From contig DCCS01000032.1 in assembly GCA_002316015.1 (NCBI GenBank), positions 208,234-272,233 of the forward strand: DNA of 64,000 nucleotides, given 5' to 3'. Each line of letters opens with the position of its first letter. Position 1 is the first letter of the stretch. The translations under genes were made by a program, and so were the position numbers. Source of the DNA: Prevotellaceae bacterium UBA1075. Its GTDB lineage: Bacteria; Bacteroidota; Bacteroidia; Bacteroidales; Bacteroidaceae. Below the pieces are notes generated by a model. That model made no database searches and was not told the origin of the DNA. It saw nothing but the letters and a program-made list of their open reading frames with translations. Shown in pieces: positions 36,810-45,889 of the stretch.

Positions 36810-38480
36810 ATGACGGACATCACCAAAGTACCTTCGTTCAACAAACTAATAGAGAGCAGCATCCAGAAGTACTGGGACATGGACTCCATGTCCGACTATG
36901 GCGTGTGTACCTTTCAGTATAAGGACGTGGCACGCATCATAGAGAAGATGCATATCCTCTTTGAGAGCGCGGGCATTCAAAAAGGCGACCGCATCGCCCT
37001 ATGCGGCAGGAACCTGAGCCGCTGGGGCGCAGCCTTCTTCAGCATACTCACCTATGGAGCCGTGGCTGTGCCCATTCTACATGAGTTCCACCCCTCCCAG
37101 ATACACGACATTGTGAACCACAGCGGAGCGCGCCTGCTCTTTGTGGGCGACAAGGTGTGGCCCAAGCTGGACGCAAAGGCAATGCCCGCGCTTGAGGGCA
37201 TCATATCACTTGCCGACTACAGCCTGCTCACCTGCTCCAACGAGAAACTCTCCATCGCGCGCCAGAACCTCAACAGGCTCTTTGGCGAGAAGTACCCGCA
37301 GAACTTCCGTGCCAACCACCTCTGCTATCACGAGGACAAGCCCAATGAACTGGCTCTCATCAACTACACCAGCGGAACGACCAGCAATTCCAAGGGCGTG
37401 ATGATACCCTACCGCGCGCTGTGGAGCAACCGGGACTTCGCGGTCAGCGTCCTGGGCAAGCAAATCAAGGCCGGCGACAAGGTGCTGAGCATGCTGCCCA
37501 TGGCCCACATGTATGGCATGTCCTTTGAGTTCCTGTTTGAGTTCTCGTATGGAGTACACATCAATTTCCTCACCAAGGTGGCGTCTCCCACCGTGCTGAT
37601 GCGTGCCCTGGCCGACGTGAAGCCCCGTGTGCTTATCGTCGTGCCGCTCATCATCGAGAAGGTGGTGCGCAAGGCCGTGCTTCCAAAGATTCAGGACGTG
37701 CGCGTGAGGATGCTCATGAAGATGCCTGTCATTGGACAGAGCATCAAGCAGCGCATCTGCGACAAACTCACACAGGCACTGGGAGGAAACTTCTATGAAG
37801 TAATCATTGGCGGGGCCGCGCTCAACAGGGAAATAGAGGAACTGCTGCACGACATCGGCTTCCGTTATACGGTGGGCTACGGAGCCACAGAGTGTGCGCC
37901 CATCATCTGCTACAACGACTACTCCAGGCAGGTCATCGGCAGTTGCGGACGCAACGTCATCCACCAGCAACTTATGATTGACAGTCCCGACCCGGCCACC
38001 ATACCGGGCGAGATACTCACCCGCGGACTCAACGTGATGCTGGGCTACTACAAGAATGAGGAGGCCACAGCCAAGACACTGGACAAGGACGGCTGGTACC
38101 ACACGGGCGACCTGGGGACGATGGACGCTGCAGGAAACGTGTTCATAAAGGGCCGCAGCAAGAACATGCTGCTCGGCGCAAACGGCCAGAACATCTACCC
38201 CGAGGAGATTGAGGACAAACTGAGCAACATGTCACTCGTCAATGAGTGCCTCGTGGTGCAGAGGGGCGAGAAGCTGGTGGGGCTGGTTTACCCCGACCAG
38301 GAGCAGATTGCCACACTTGGCCTGAAGACAGAGGACGTGGAGGCCATCATGGAGAAAAACCGCCAGGACCTCAATCCCACACTGCCCGCATATGCCCAAC
38401 TGACAGCCATCAAGGTGATGGGCCAGGAGTTTGAGAAGACTCCCAAGAAGAGCATCAAGCGTTTTCTCTACACCCAGTAG
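36810..38480 (+). CDS. AMP-dependent synthetase/ligase (long-chain fatty-acid-CoA ligase-like)
   Basis: 556 aa. The AMP-binding motif is INYTSGTTSNSKGV, followed by GYGATEC, YHTGDLG and the KGRSKN hinge. Confidence 0.9.
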   Translation: MTDITKVPSFNKLIESSIQKYWDMDSMSDYGVCTFQYKDVARIIEKMHILFESAGIQKGDRIALCGRNLSRWGAAFFSILTYGAVAVPILHEFHPSQIHDIVNHSGARLLFVGDKVWPKLDAKAMPALEGIISLADYSLLTCSNEKLSIARQNLNRLFGEKYPQNFRANHLCYHEDKPNELALINYTSGTTSNSKGVMIPYRALWSNRDFAVSVLGKQIKAGDKVLSMLPMAHMYGMSFEFLFEFSYGVHINFLTKVASPTVLMRALADVKPRVLIVVPLIIEKVVRKAVLPKIQDVRVRMLMKMPVIGQSIKQRICDKLTQALGGNFYEVIIGGAALNREIEELLHDIGFRYTVGYGATECAPIICYNDYSRQVIGSCGRNVIHQQLMIDSPDPATIPGEILTRGLNVMLGYYKNEEATAKTLDKDGWYHTGDLGTMDAAGNVFIKGRSKNMLLGANGQNIYPEEIEDKLSNMSLVNECLVVQRGEKLVGLVYPDQEQIATLGLKTEDVEAIMEKNRQDLNPTLPAYAQLTAIKVMGQEFEKTPKKSIKRFLYTQ

Positions 38481-38514
38481 CGGGAAGCCTCACGGAGTTC
38501 CTGCCTCATGCGGC

Positions 38515-38559
38515 AAGGCGGGCGGGGATGTGTGAAAAAGTCACATCCCCGCCCGCCTT
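38515..38559. terminator. Perfect 18-bp hairpin between convergent acyl-CoA ligase and MaoC genes
   Basis: AAGGCGGGCGGGGATGTG (38515-38532) pairs with CACATCCCCGCCCGCCTT (38542-38559) across a 9-nt A-rich loop, followed by TCGCTT. Confidence 0.6.
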
Positions 38560-38597
38560 TCGCTTGCAGGCACTCTGCCTGCGGGCAGAGCCTGGCC

Positions 38598-39074
38598 TCA
38601 CTTCCCCGACGGGTGGAAGTAGTAGATGAAGGTGGCCAGTCCATCCAGAGCCTTCTTGCCAGTCTCCTGCACCTCGATGGTGAACTTGATGGTGGTCTTC
38701 ACCGCACCGCGCAGGTTGGCCAGCTCGTGCAGTTTGGTGACCATGCGGATATGCTGCCCGCTCAGGACTGGCTGCGCAAATCTCATCTTGTCCATGCCAT
38801 AGTTCATCATGCGCTCCAGGTTGTGCACCTCCACTATCTGGTTCCACAGGTAAGGCAGCATGCTCATGGTCAGGTAGCCGTGCGCGATGGTCGTGCCAAA
38901 GGGGCTCTCGGCCTTGGCGCGCTCGGTGTCGACATGAATCCACTGGTGGTCAAGGGTCGCGTCGGCAAACATGCAGATGCGCTCCTGCGTCATCTGCACA
39001 TAGCCGCTTGTCCCCAGTTCCTTTCCCACATATTGCTCAAAGTCCTCGTAGGAGTTGATTACCAATTTTCCCAT
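38598..39074 (-). CDS. MaoC-family (R)-specific enoyl-CoA hydratase/dehydratase
   Basis: 158 aa. The hot-dog fold motif is DHQWIHVDTERAKAESPFGTTIAHGYL. Confidence 0.85.
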   Translation of the reverse strand: MGKLVINSYEDFEQYVGKELGTSGYVQMTQERICMFADATLDHQWIHVDTERAKAESPFGTTIAHGYLTMSMLPYLWNQIVEVHNLERMMNYGMDKMRFAQPVLSGQHIRMVTKLHELANLRGAVKTTIKFTIEVQETGKKALDGLATFIYYFHPSGK

Positions 39075-39123
39075 AACATTGAAATAAGGTATATAAAGTA
39101 CGTTATAGTGTCCTATCTTCTTG

Positions 39124-39131
39124 CAAAGGTA
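39124..39131 (-). promoter_or_regulatory. -7 box TACCTTTG (minus) upstream of the MaoC gene
   Basis: Plus strand reads caaaggta, 49 nt upstream of the ATG at 39074. It is divergent from the kdsA promoter. Confidence 0.5.
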
Positions 39132-39174
39132 CTGTTTTCATCCGAGAAGAACCACTTATGTGAAGGAAAAAAGC

Positions 39175-39182
39175 TAACTTTG
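39175..39182 (+). promoter_or_regulatory. -7 box TAACTTTG upstream of kdsA
   Basis: Exact TAnnTTTG match only 5 nt upstream of the ATG at 39188. The next in-frame ATG is at 39197. Confidence 0.45.
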
Positions 39183-39187
39183 CAAAA

Positions 39188-39973
39188 ATGCTTCAAATGG
39201 AGAACGAACAGCAAGTACGCACAAAGCCCGTGTTCATCGCAGGCCCGTGCGTGATAGAGAGTCAGCAGTTGCTCTGTACCGTGGCCGCTGAATTGTGCCG
39301 CCTGAGGGACACGCTTGGCCTGGACATATACTTCAAGGCATCCTTTGACAAGGCCAACCGCACCAGCCTTCATTCCTTCCGTGGCCCCGGACTTGAGAGG
39401 GGGCTTGCCATGCTGCGGGAGGTAAAGGAGAAGTTCCACCTGCCCATACTGACAGACATACACGAGAGCTGGCAAGCAAGTCCTGCCGCAGAGGTGGCGG
39501 ATGTGCTGCAGATCCCAGCCTTCCTGTGCCGGCAGACTGACCTGCTGGTCTCTGCCGCCAAGACGGGACGCACGGTGAACATCAAGAAGGCGCAGTTCCT
39601 CAGTGGCGCGGATATGCGGTATCCGGTACAGAAATGCCGTGAGAGTGGATGCCAGGACGTTTGGCTCACGGAGCGCGGCAACGCCTTCGGGTACAACAAC
39701 CTGGTGGTCGATTTCCGCAATATCCCCGACATGCTGCAATACACCCCACGCGTCATCATGGATTGCACCCACAGCGTGCAAAGGCCGGGAGCGGCAGGCG
39801 GGAAGACTGGAGGGGACCGTAAGTTTGTCCCGTCCATGGCACTCGCGGCCAAAGCCTTCGGTGCCACGGGGTATTTCTTCGAGGTCCATCCCGCCCCGGA
39901 CAACGCCCTCAGCGACGGCCCAAACATGCTCCGGCTGGCCGACTTTGAGACTGTAGTCAAGTCACTCATTTAA
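39188..39973 (+). CDS. kdsA: 3-deoxy-8-phosphooctulonate (KDO-8-P) synthase
   Basis: 261 aa. Motifs are FIAGPCVIES, FKASFDKANRTS, LQIPAFLCRQTDL and DCTHSVQ. Confidence 0.93.
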   Translation: MLQMENEQQVRTKPVFIAGPCVIESQQLLCTVAAELCRLRDTLGLDIYFKASFDKANRTSLHSFRGPGLERGLAMLREVKEKFHLPILTDIHESWQASPAAEVADVLQIPAFLCRQTDLLVSAAKTGRTVNIKKAQFLSGADMRYPVQKCRESGCQDVWLTERGNAFGYNNLVVDFRNIPDMLQYTPRVIMDCTHSVQRPGAAGGKTGGDRKFVPSMALAAKAFGATGYFFEVHPAPDNALSDGPNMLRLADFETVVKSLI

Positions 39974-40062
39974 CAGACAGAGAGCACTTGGCCTGGGACA
40001 TCTGGCTGCCAGATGCCCAGGGTATACGCGGCCAAGTCACGACTAAACACCACAAGACAGAA

Positions 40063-41013
40063 ATGAGCCAATACACAGATATAGCCAAGCGTTGCCTCAA
40101 GGACGAGGCACAGGCCGTACTCATGCAGGTCGAACACCTGGACGAAAACTTCGACAAAGTGGTCAATCTCATCTTGGGATGCCATGGAAAAGTCATTATA
40201 ACAGGCGTTGGGAAAAGCGGCCATATTGGAGCAAAGATCGCGGCCACGCTCAGCAGCACTGGCACTCCGTCGTTCTTCATCAGCCCGCTTGACGTGTTCC
40301 ATGGGGACTTGGGGGTAATGACCGCCGACGATGTGGTGATTGCCATCAGCAACAGCGGCCAGACCGATGAACTGCTCCGCTTCGTACCCTACCTGCTCGA
40401 AAGCAAGATTCCCCTGGTGGGCATATCGGGAAACCCCGATTCCCTGCTGGCCAAGTACGCCACCTACCACATACGCGTGACGGTGAGCGGTGAGGCGTGT
40501 CCGCTCAATCTCGCGCCCACCAGCAGCACTACTGCCACGCTGGCCATGGGTGACGCGCTGGCTTGTGCACTGATGGAGGCGCGTGACTTCAAGAAGAGGG
40601 ACTTTGCGCGCTTCCATCCTGGAGGCCGTCTGGGACACAGCCTTCTGCTCTCGGCCCGTGATGTGATGCGCACCAACGACCTGCCCGTGATACCCCGTGA
40701 CACCAGGCTGGGTGAGGCGCTCCTGCGCATGAGCCACGGCAAACTGGGGCTGGCAGTCATCGTGGAGGACGGGCAAGTGCGGGGCATACTGACCGACGGG
40801 GACGTGCGGCGCGCCATGGAAAGGCTCCAGGACAAGTTCTTCAGCGTGCCCGTGTGCGAGGTGATGACCAAGTCCCCCGTGTGCGTCAGTCCCGACATCA
40901 AGGTCAACCAGATTACCGACCTGCTGGGCGAGAAGAAGATACATGCCGTGATGGTGGTGGACGAGCGCAAGCGGCTGCTGGGCATCGTGGACAACTTCCG
41001 CTGCATGATTTGA
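40063..41013 (+). CDS. kdsD: Arabinose-5-phosphate isomerase (KpsF/GutQ/KdsD; SIS plus tandem CBS domains)
   Basis: The start was trimmed to MSQYTDIAKRCLKDE. The SIS motifs are GKVIITGVGKSGHIGAKIAATLSSTGTPSFF and AISNSGQT. The CBS pair lies at the C-terminus. Confidence 0.92.
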   Translation: MSQYTDIAKRCLKDEAQAVLMQVEHLDENFDKVVNLILGCHGKVIITGVGKSGHIGAKIAATLSSTGTPSFFISPLDVFHGDLGVMTADDVVIAISNSGQTDELLRFVPYLLESKIPLVGISGNPDSLLAKYATYHIRVTVSGEACPLNLAPTSSTTATLAMGDALACALMEARDFKKRDFARFHPGGRLGHSLLLSARDVMRTNDLPVIPRDTRLGEALLRMSHGKLGLAVIVEDGQVRGILTDGDVRRAMERLQDKFFSVPVCEVMTKSPVCVSPDIKVNQITDLLGEKKIHAVMVVDERKRLLGIVDNFRCMI

Positions 41014-41019
41014 CCGCCG

Positions 41020-42246
41020 ATGAGGTATTGCACACTTGCCGCGCTCCTGTGCCTGCTTATGCCAACCTGCATGAGGTCACAGGACAGTGACAGCATCGTG
41101 ATGGAAATCTTCAGGCAGAAGGGCTTACCCTTCTACGAAGACAACGAGGTGACACTGCTTCCCGCAGGGCGTGAGAAGTACGACGACCTGTTCCAATGCG
41201 TGCGCGGGGCAAGACGGTTCATACACATGGACTACTTCAAGTTCCAGCAGGACAGCATCTGCAGGGCACTTTTCGACATCCTTTCGGACAAAGCGCGCAA
41301 GGGGGTGGAAGTGCGTGTCGTGTATGACAGCTTCGGCAACCGCTACAGCAACCTTCCCCTGCGCAAGTCGTACCTGGACTCCCTGCGCGCATCGGGCATG
41401 CAGATTGTGGAGTTTGACCGTGTGCGCTTTCCCTGGATCAACCACCTGTGGCACCGCAACCACCACAAGATTGCCGTCATCGACGGGCTGTACGCCTACA
41501 CGGGCGGCATGAACGTGGCCGACTACTATCTGCACGGCAAGCCGCGCGTGGGTACGTGGAGGGACATGCACATGAAGGTTAGGGGGCCGATGGTGGCGGG
41601 TTACGAGCGTGTGTTTGAGGACATGTGGTGGCGCGCGGCCAAGACACGGCTCGACTCCACATTGTACACCGCCCCCTCCGTAGCGGTTGGCCGTTCCGTC
41701 ATGGCCATGGTGGAGCGTGTCCCGCGCAAGAGTGCCAAAGCCATACGCGAGGCCTATTGCATCAGCATTGACAACGCGCGGAACGTGGTGCAGATAGTGA
41801 ACCCCTATGCCACGCTGGTCAAAAGCATACGCAAGTCACTGGAGCACGCAATCAGACGCGGTGTAAGAGTCCAGATAATGGCCTCAGCCAAAGGAGACGG
41901 CCCGGTGACTCCCGATGTTGTGGGACAGGAGATGCACAAGCTGATGCTGAAGGGCGCCGAGGTGTATTATTACGATGGAGGATTCCACCACAGCAAGGTG
42001 ATGATGGTGGACGGGCTCTTCTGCACCGTGGGGACGGCCAACCTCGATGCGCGCTCTCTCCGCTTCGACTATGAGGTGAACGCGTTTATCTTTGACCGTG
42101 AGGTCACCGCCCAGTTGCAGGACATCTTCTACCGCGACATACACGACCATTGTGTTCTGCTCACACAGGAAAACTGGAAGCACCGGTTCCCCTTGAGGAA
42201 GCGAGTCTCGGGGCGTGTGTTCAGTTCCATCAAGGGGTTCCTGTAA
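41020..42246 (+). CDS. cls: Cardiolipin synthase / phospholipase D family protein
   Basis: 408 aa with a signal/anchor N-terminus. It has two HKD motifs, NHHKIAVIDG...GGMNV and FHHSKVMMVDG...GTANLD. Confidence 0.9.
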   Translation: MRYCTLAALLCLLMPTCMRSQDSDSIVMEIFRQKGLPFYEDNEVTLLPAGREKYDDLFQCVRGARRFIHMDYFKFQQDSICRALFDILSDKARKGVEVRVVYDSFGNRYSNLPLRKSYLDSLRASGMQIVEFDRVRFPWINHLWHRNHHKIAVIDGLYAYTGGMNVADYYLHGKPRVGTWRDMHMKVRGPMVAGYERVFEDMWWRAAKTRLDSTLYTAPSVAVGRSVMAMVERVPRKSAKAIREAYCISIDNARNVVQIVNPYATLVKSIRKSLEHAIRRGVRVQIMASAKGDGPVTPDVVGQEMHKLMLKGAEVYYYDGGFHHSKVMMVDGLFCTVGTANLDARSLRFDYEVNAFIFDREVTAQLQDIFYRDIHDHCVLLTQENWKHRFPLRKRVSGRVFSSIKGFL

Positions 42247-42459
42247 ATGCGTATGACACTGCCCGAAGCCATCACCTATGCCCTGGTACAGCGCAACGGA
42301 GGCATGACCACCGGCCAGGTCGCGCTGGCAATCAACCGCAACCACTGGCATGTGCGCAAGGACGGGAAGCCCGTGACCCCTGCACAGATATACGCGGCCA
42401 TCAAGCGATACCCCAGCCAGTTCTGCAAGGCAGAGGGCCGTGTCATGCTGCTCATATAG
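42247..42459 (+). CDS. Stand-alone HARE-HTH-like small protein (70 aa)
   Basis: Sequence is MRMTLPEAITYALVQRNGGMTTGQVALAINRNHWHVRKDGKPVTPAQIYAAIKRYPSQFCKAEGRVMLLI. This follows the HARE-HTH pattern: MTLxEAI..L....G.MT..E.A..I......GK.P...I.A.I......F.....G...L. The ATG immediately follows the cls TAA. Confidence 0.55.
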   Translation: MRMTLPEAITYALVQRNGGMTTGQVALAINRNHWHVRKDGKPVTPAQIYAAIKRYPSQFCKAEGRVMLLI

Positions 42460-42486
42460 CCCATCAGCCCCCGCCCACCTATACAT

Positions 42487-42525
42487 GCGGCGGGAACAGG
42501 CGCAATGTGCGCCCGTTCCCGCCGC
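42487..42525. terminator. 17-bp hairpin (one mismatch) between the convergent small ORF and EEP gene
   Basis: GCGGCGGGAACAGGCGC (42487-42503) pairs with GCGCCCGTTCCCGCCGC (42509-42525) across a 5-nt loop. Confidence 0.5.
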
Positions 42526-42551
42526 TGCGGTTCAGTCCCGCCCGTTGTGGC

Positions 42552-43418
42552 TCAGAACTCCAGGTCAGCCCAATGTGGGTTGTGGTCAGACATCTGGCGC
42601 TTGGGGTTCTCGCGCTCGATATGGCTCTGCAGCACCTTTATGTTCGGGGTCACGAAGATGAAATCTATCTTTTTGGCCTTCAATGGGGATATGCGGCAGA
42701 AGTCCTGGAAGGTGTAGGGAACGCCGCTGTGGTGAGCCGTCATGTGGTAGGCGTCGTTCATCTTGAACTCCGAGTCCACCATCGTCTTGTATGCCTCATC
42801 GTCCTCCGTGATGTTGAAGTCGCCCGTCACCACGGCTGGCCGGTTGCCCACAATGCTCTGTATCTTGCTCATGATCAGTTTTGCGCTTTCCTTGCGTGCC
42901 ACCACACCCACATGGTCGTAGTGCGTGTTGATGGCCATGAACACCTTTCCGGTGGCCTTATCCCTGAGTTTCACATAACTGGCCACACGCTCCAGGGCCG
43001 CGTCCCAGCCCTTTGAGCCAGGCACATCGGGGGTCTCGCTCAGCCAGAAGTTTCCCTTCTCAAGAGGCTCGTACTTGTCTTTCCGGAAGAACACGGGGGT
43101 GAACTCACCCTTCTCCTTGCCGTCCGTGCGTCCCACGCCCACATAGTCATAGTCCTTCAGACGCTCGCGCAGGTCCTGCAGCTGCCTGCTGGTCACCTCC
43201 TGCATGCCCACCACGTCAATATGGTTGTCGAGCACATACTTCGCCACGTTGTCCTTGCGGGCGTCCCACCCGCAGCCTATCTTCTCGTCCGCGCCTGATA
43301 TGCAGCGCACATTGAACGTGCACCAGCGCACCCTGACGGGCTCCTCCACCTTTTCCTTTGCCCCTCCGAGCATGGGCAGCAGCACAGCCGCCAATGCCAC
43401 CAAGTACTTTCTCATCAT
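42552..43418 (-). CDS. Endonuclease/exonuclease/phosphatase (EEP) family protein, secreted
   Basis: 288 aa with a signal peptide. Motifs are VRWCTFNVR, VVGMQEV, NTHYDH, GDFN and a C-terminal SDHNP. Confidence 0.85.
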   Translation of the reverse strand: MMRKYLVALAAVLLPMLGGAKEKVEEPVRVRWCTFNVRCISGADEKIGCGWDARKDNVAKYVLDNHIDVVGMQEVTSRQLQDLRERLKDYDYVGVGRTDGKEKGEFTPVFFRKDKYEPLEKGNFWLSETPDVPGSKGWDAALERVASYVKLRDKATGKVFMAINTHYDHVGVVARKESAKLIMSKIQSIVGNRPAVVTGDFNITEDDEAYKTMVDSEFKMNDAYHMTAHHSGVPYTFQDFCRISPLKAKKIDFIFVTPNIKVLQSHIERENPKRQMSDHNPHWADLEF

Positions 43419-43469
43419 ATTTCCCTCCTTTGTTAAGTTGTTATACCAAGCCTGTCTGTCATTCTCACG

Positions 43470-45719
43470 TCATTTGCTTACCTTGAACTTGTATTTGCCC
43501 GCCGGCAGCAGCAGGCACACGCGCCCCGCCTTCTGCGCCCCGCTCTCCAGGCACAGGTAGCGCGCGGCACCCTTCACTTGTGCCGCATCCCCGCAAGGCA
43601 GGTACAGATAAGCCTCGGTGCCCTGCGGCACTGTGAGTGTATATACATCCGCCTTCTCGCCCAACCTGAATGCGCTCTTTATCATGCCGCGCACGGTGGG
43701 GATGGTGATGTGGGCTTTCTGGAACCGTACAGGAGAAGGGCACACGGCAAACTTCCTCCAGCCCGGCTCCGTCACGCTCACGCCCATCAGGTATTGGGCG
43801 ATGACGGTGAGCGGGCCGCCGCTCCAGGCATGGTTGGTGGTGCCGCCGCCGAATCCGTTGACTCCCTCGAGCCATCCCTCGTAGAGGGTGCTGTGTACCG
43901 AGTCCGTCACCATGGCATGGTAGCGCTCATGCGCGCGCTCCATGGCATACTCGCCATCGCCCATCTGGAACAGTGCTTCCATCACGTATTTCTCCATGTA
44001 GGGGCTGGCATGCTTCTGTGTGCGCAGCAGCCGTCCGATGGCTGGGTACTTGTCGGCATCGGCGATGCCGCTGATGACAGCCAGGGCCTGCACGCGGTCG
44101 TCGGTGTCACCCGTGAAGGTGGGATGGCGGTAAGCCTTGCCTGTCCAGCACGCGTTGTATCCCCGCTTCACCCCGGCCATTGTCTGGCGAAACCTCGACG
44201 CGTCACCCGGTTTGTCCAGCAGCTCCGCCATGCGTGACGCGGCGTCCAGGGCCATATAGTGCCAACCGGCGTAGATGAGGCGCATGTCGCGGTTGTCGCC
44301 CCAGTCGCCCCAGTCCCAGGCTCCATGCCGCTCGGCTGTAAGCCCGCCCGGCTCGGTCTTCCACACATCCAGGTAGCGGCACACGGCGGGATAGACCCGC
44401 GCGATGGTGGCCGTGTCGGCTGTGTTCATATAGTAGTTCCAGAAGCCATACAGCCCCACGCTGGCCAGCATCTGCGCGGGCAGCTCCGAGTCATAATTGC
44501 CAGGGATGGGACTGTGGATGATGCCCTTGTCGTTCTGGAAGGCACACAGTTCCAGCATTCCCTTGCGCATGATGTCATGCACGCGCGTGCTGTAGGTGTA
44601 GAAGCACTCGCCCATCAGCACGGTGACATCCCCCCACCACTGCGCCCGCTCGCGGTCGGGGCAGTCGAAGTAAGTGTCGCGCATGTTGACATAGAGCGTG
44701 CGCAGCCCCTTCTGCCAGAAGCGGTTGAAGTAGGCATCGTCACACAGGAACTCCCCCTCGGGCAATCCGTCATATCCGCTCTCGCGATACCGCACCCTGG
44801 CCACCTTCAGGCCATGAGGCACTATCACATGCAGCACATCGCCATTCATCCAGCCCAGCGACTCATAAGCCTGCTTGCCCTGGCGCGTCACATACTCGGC
44901 ACGCACGCCCCATTCGCTGCCTCCCTGTATGTGGTCGGTCTGCAGGCGTATGAGGCTGCCCCCTTGGGGGTCGTCCACCTCAATGTACGGGGTGAGCTGC
45001 ATGTTGTAGGGCAGGCGTGCGACGAGCGTGTCCTCCCGCCCGCCCTCATGGAGCGCGCACTTGGCGTCCTTCAGCCCGAAGTCGCGGAAGAGCGGGATGG
45101 GCCGCTCGTGCAGCTTGTTCCACGGAGCGTCGCCCGGCCGCCCTATCTCGCGGCTGGCCGTGTAGGGCTTGCCGGCATTGGCCTCCGCCACACGCGCGTC
45201 ATAGTGTATGCTGCTCTCGCTCAGTCGCCCGTTGGGCACAGGCTCGCCACATGCCGTATATTCCTCCAACAGGCGGCTCTCCCACATGCCGGAGGAGAAA
45301 AGCCCGATGGCGGGGGCCGAGAACAGGAGTCCCATCCTGCCACTGTCAATGTGGCTGAACCCCGTCTTGCCGAAGTGCCACACGAGCAGCTCCACACGGT
45401 TGGCTCCCTTGCGCAGGTAGGGGCGCAGGTCCAGGCGGTCGTAATAGGAGTCGGTGGGGTTCGGGCCGCGCTTCAGACCGCCCTCAAACACCACCTGCTT
45501 GCCGTTGACATACAGCCAGTACTTGCTGTCCACACAGATGCTGCACTCCACCCTGTCTGGCAGCGAAGACAGGCTCACGTCACGCCGGAAGCGCACCCAG
45601 GAGTTGGGCGCGTCGGCATTTCCCTCGCCCGCTGTTATCCAGCGGGCATTACCCCATTGGGCAGACACCGGTGCTGCGGACAATGCCAGGGCCAGAGCCA
45701 GGAAGACAAATTTCCTCAT
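43470..45719 (-). CDS. Glycoside hydrolase family 78-like (alpha-L-rhamnosidase family), secreted
   Basis: 749 aa with a signal peptide. The rhamnosidase N-terminal-like segment is ARWITAGEG...SKYWLYVNGKQVVFEGGLKRGPNP...YYDRLDLRPYLRKGANRVELLVWHFG. The central (alpha/alpha)6-like region contains DCPDRERAQWWGD. Confidence 0.75.
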   Translation of the reverse strand: MRKFVFLALALALSAAPVSAQWGNARWITAGEGNADAPNSWVRFRRDVSLSSLPDRVECSICVDSKYWLYVNGKQVVFEGGLKRGPNPTDSYYDRLDLRPYLRKGANRVELLVWHFGKTGFSHIDSGRMGLLFSAPAIGLFSSGMWESRLLEEYTACGEPVPNGRLSESSIHYDARVAEANAGKPYTASREIGRPGDAPWNKLHERPIPLFRDFGLKDAKCALHEGGREDTLVARLPYNMQLTPYIEVDDPQGGSLIRLQTDHIQGGSEWGVRAEYVTRQGKQAYESLGWMNGDVLHVIVPHGLKVARVRYRESGYDGLPEGEFLCDDAYFNRFWQKGLRTLYVNMRDTYFDCPDRERAQWWGDVTVLMGECFYTYSTRVHDIMRKGMLELCAFQNDKGIIHSPIPGNYDSELPAQMLASVGLYGFWNYYMNTADTATIARVYPAVCRYLDVWKTEPGGLTAERHGAWDWGDWGDNRDMRLIYAGWHYMALDAASRMAELLDKPGDASRFRQTMAGVKRGYNACWTGKAYRHPTFTGDTDDRVQALAVISGIADADKYPAIGRLLRTQKHASPYMEKYVMEALFQMGDGEYAMERAHERYHAMVTDSVHSTLYEGWLEGVNGFGGGTTNHAWSGGPLTVIAQYLMGVSVTEPGWRKFAVCPSPVRFQKAHITIPTVRGMIKSAFRLGEKADVYTLTVPQGTEAYLYLPCGDAAQVKGAARYLCLESGAQKAGRVCLLLPAGKYKFKVSK

Positions 45720-45778
45720 ATAAGCGATAATATTGGTTACTACTTGCGTGTGGAGTCTCCATGACTCCTACGACTTCC

Positions 45779-45786
45779 CAAAGTTA
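45779..45786 (-). promoter_or_regulatory. -7 box TAACTTTG (minus) upstream of the GH78-like gene
   Basis: Plus strand reads caaagtta, 59 nt upstream of the ATG at 45719. Confidence 0.5.
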
Positions 45787-45861
45787 CGAAAAATCGGGCA
45801 AACAGGACGGAAATTGTGAATGAAGTCGGGGAAACGGGTATGACTTTCGACACAAAACGCA

Positions 45862-45869
45862 TAAATTTG
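45862..45869 (+). promoter_or_regulatory. -7 box TAAATTTG upstream of the LOG-family gene
   Basis: Exact TAnnTTTG match 20 nt upstream of the ATG at 45890. Confidence 0.5.
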
Positions 45870-45889
45870 CATCACGGACAAACGGAAAA

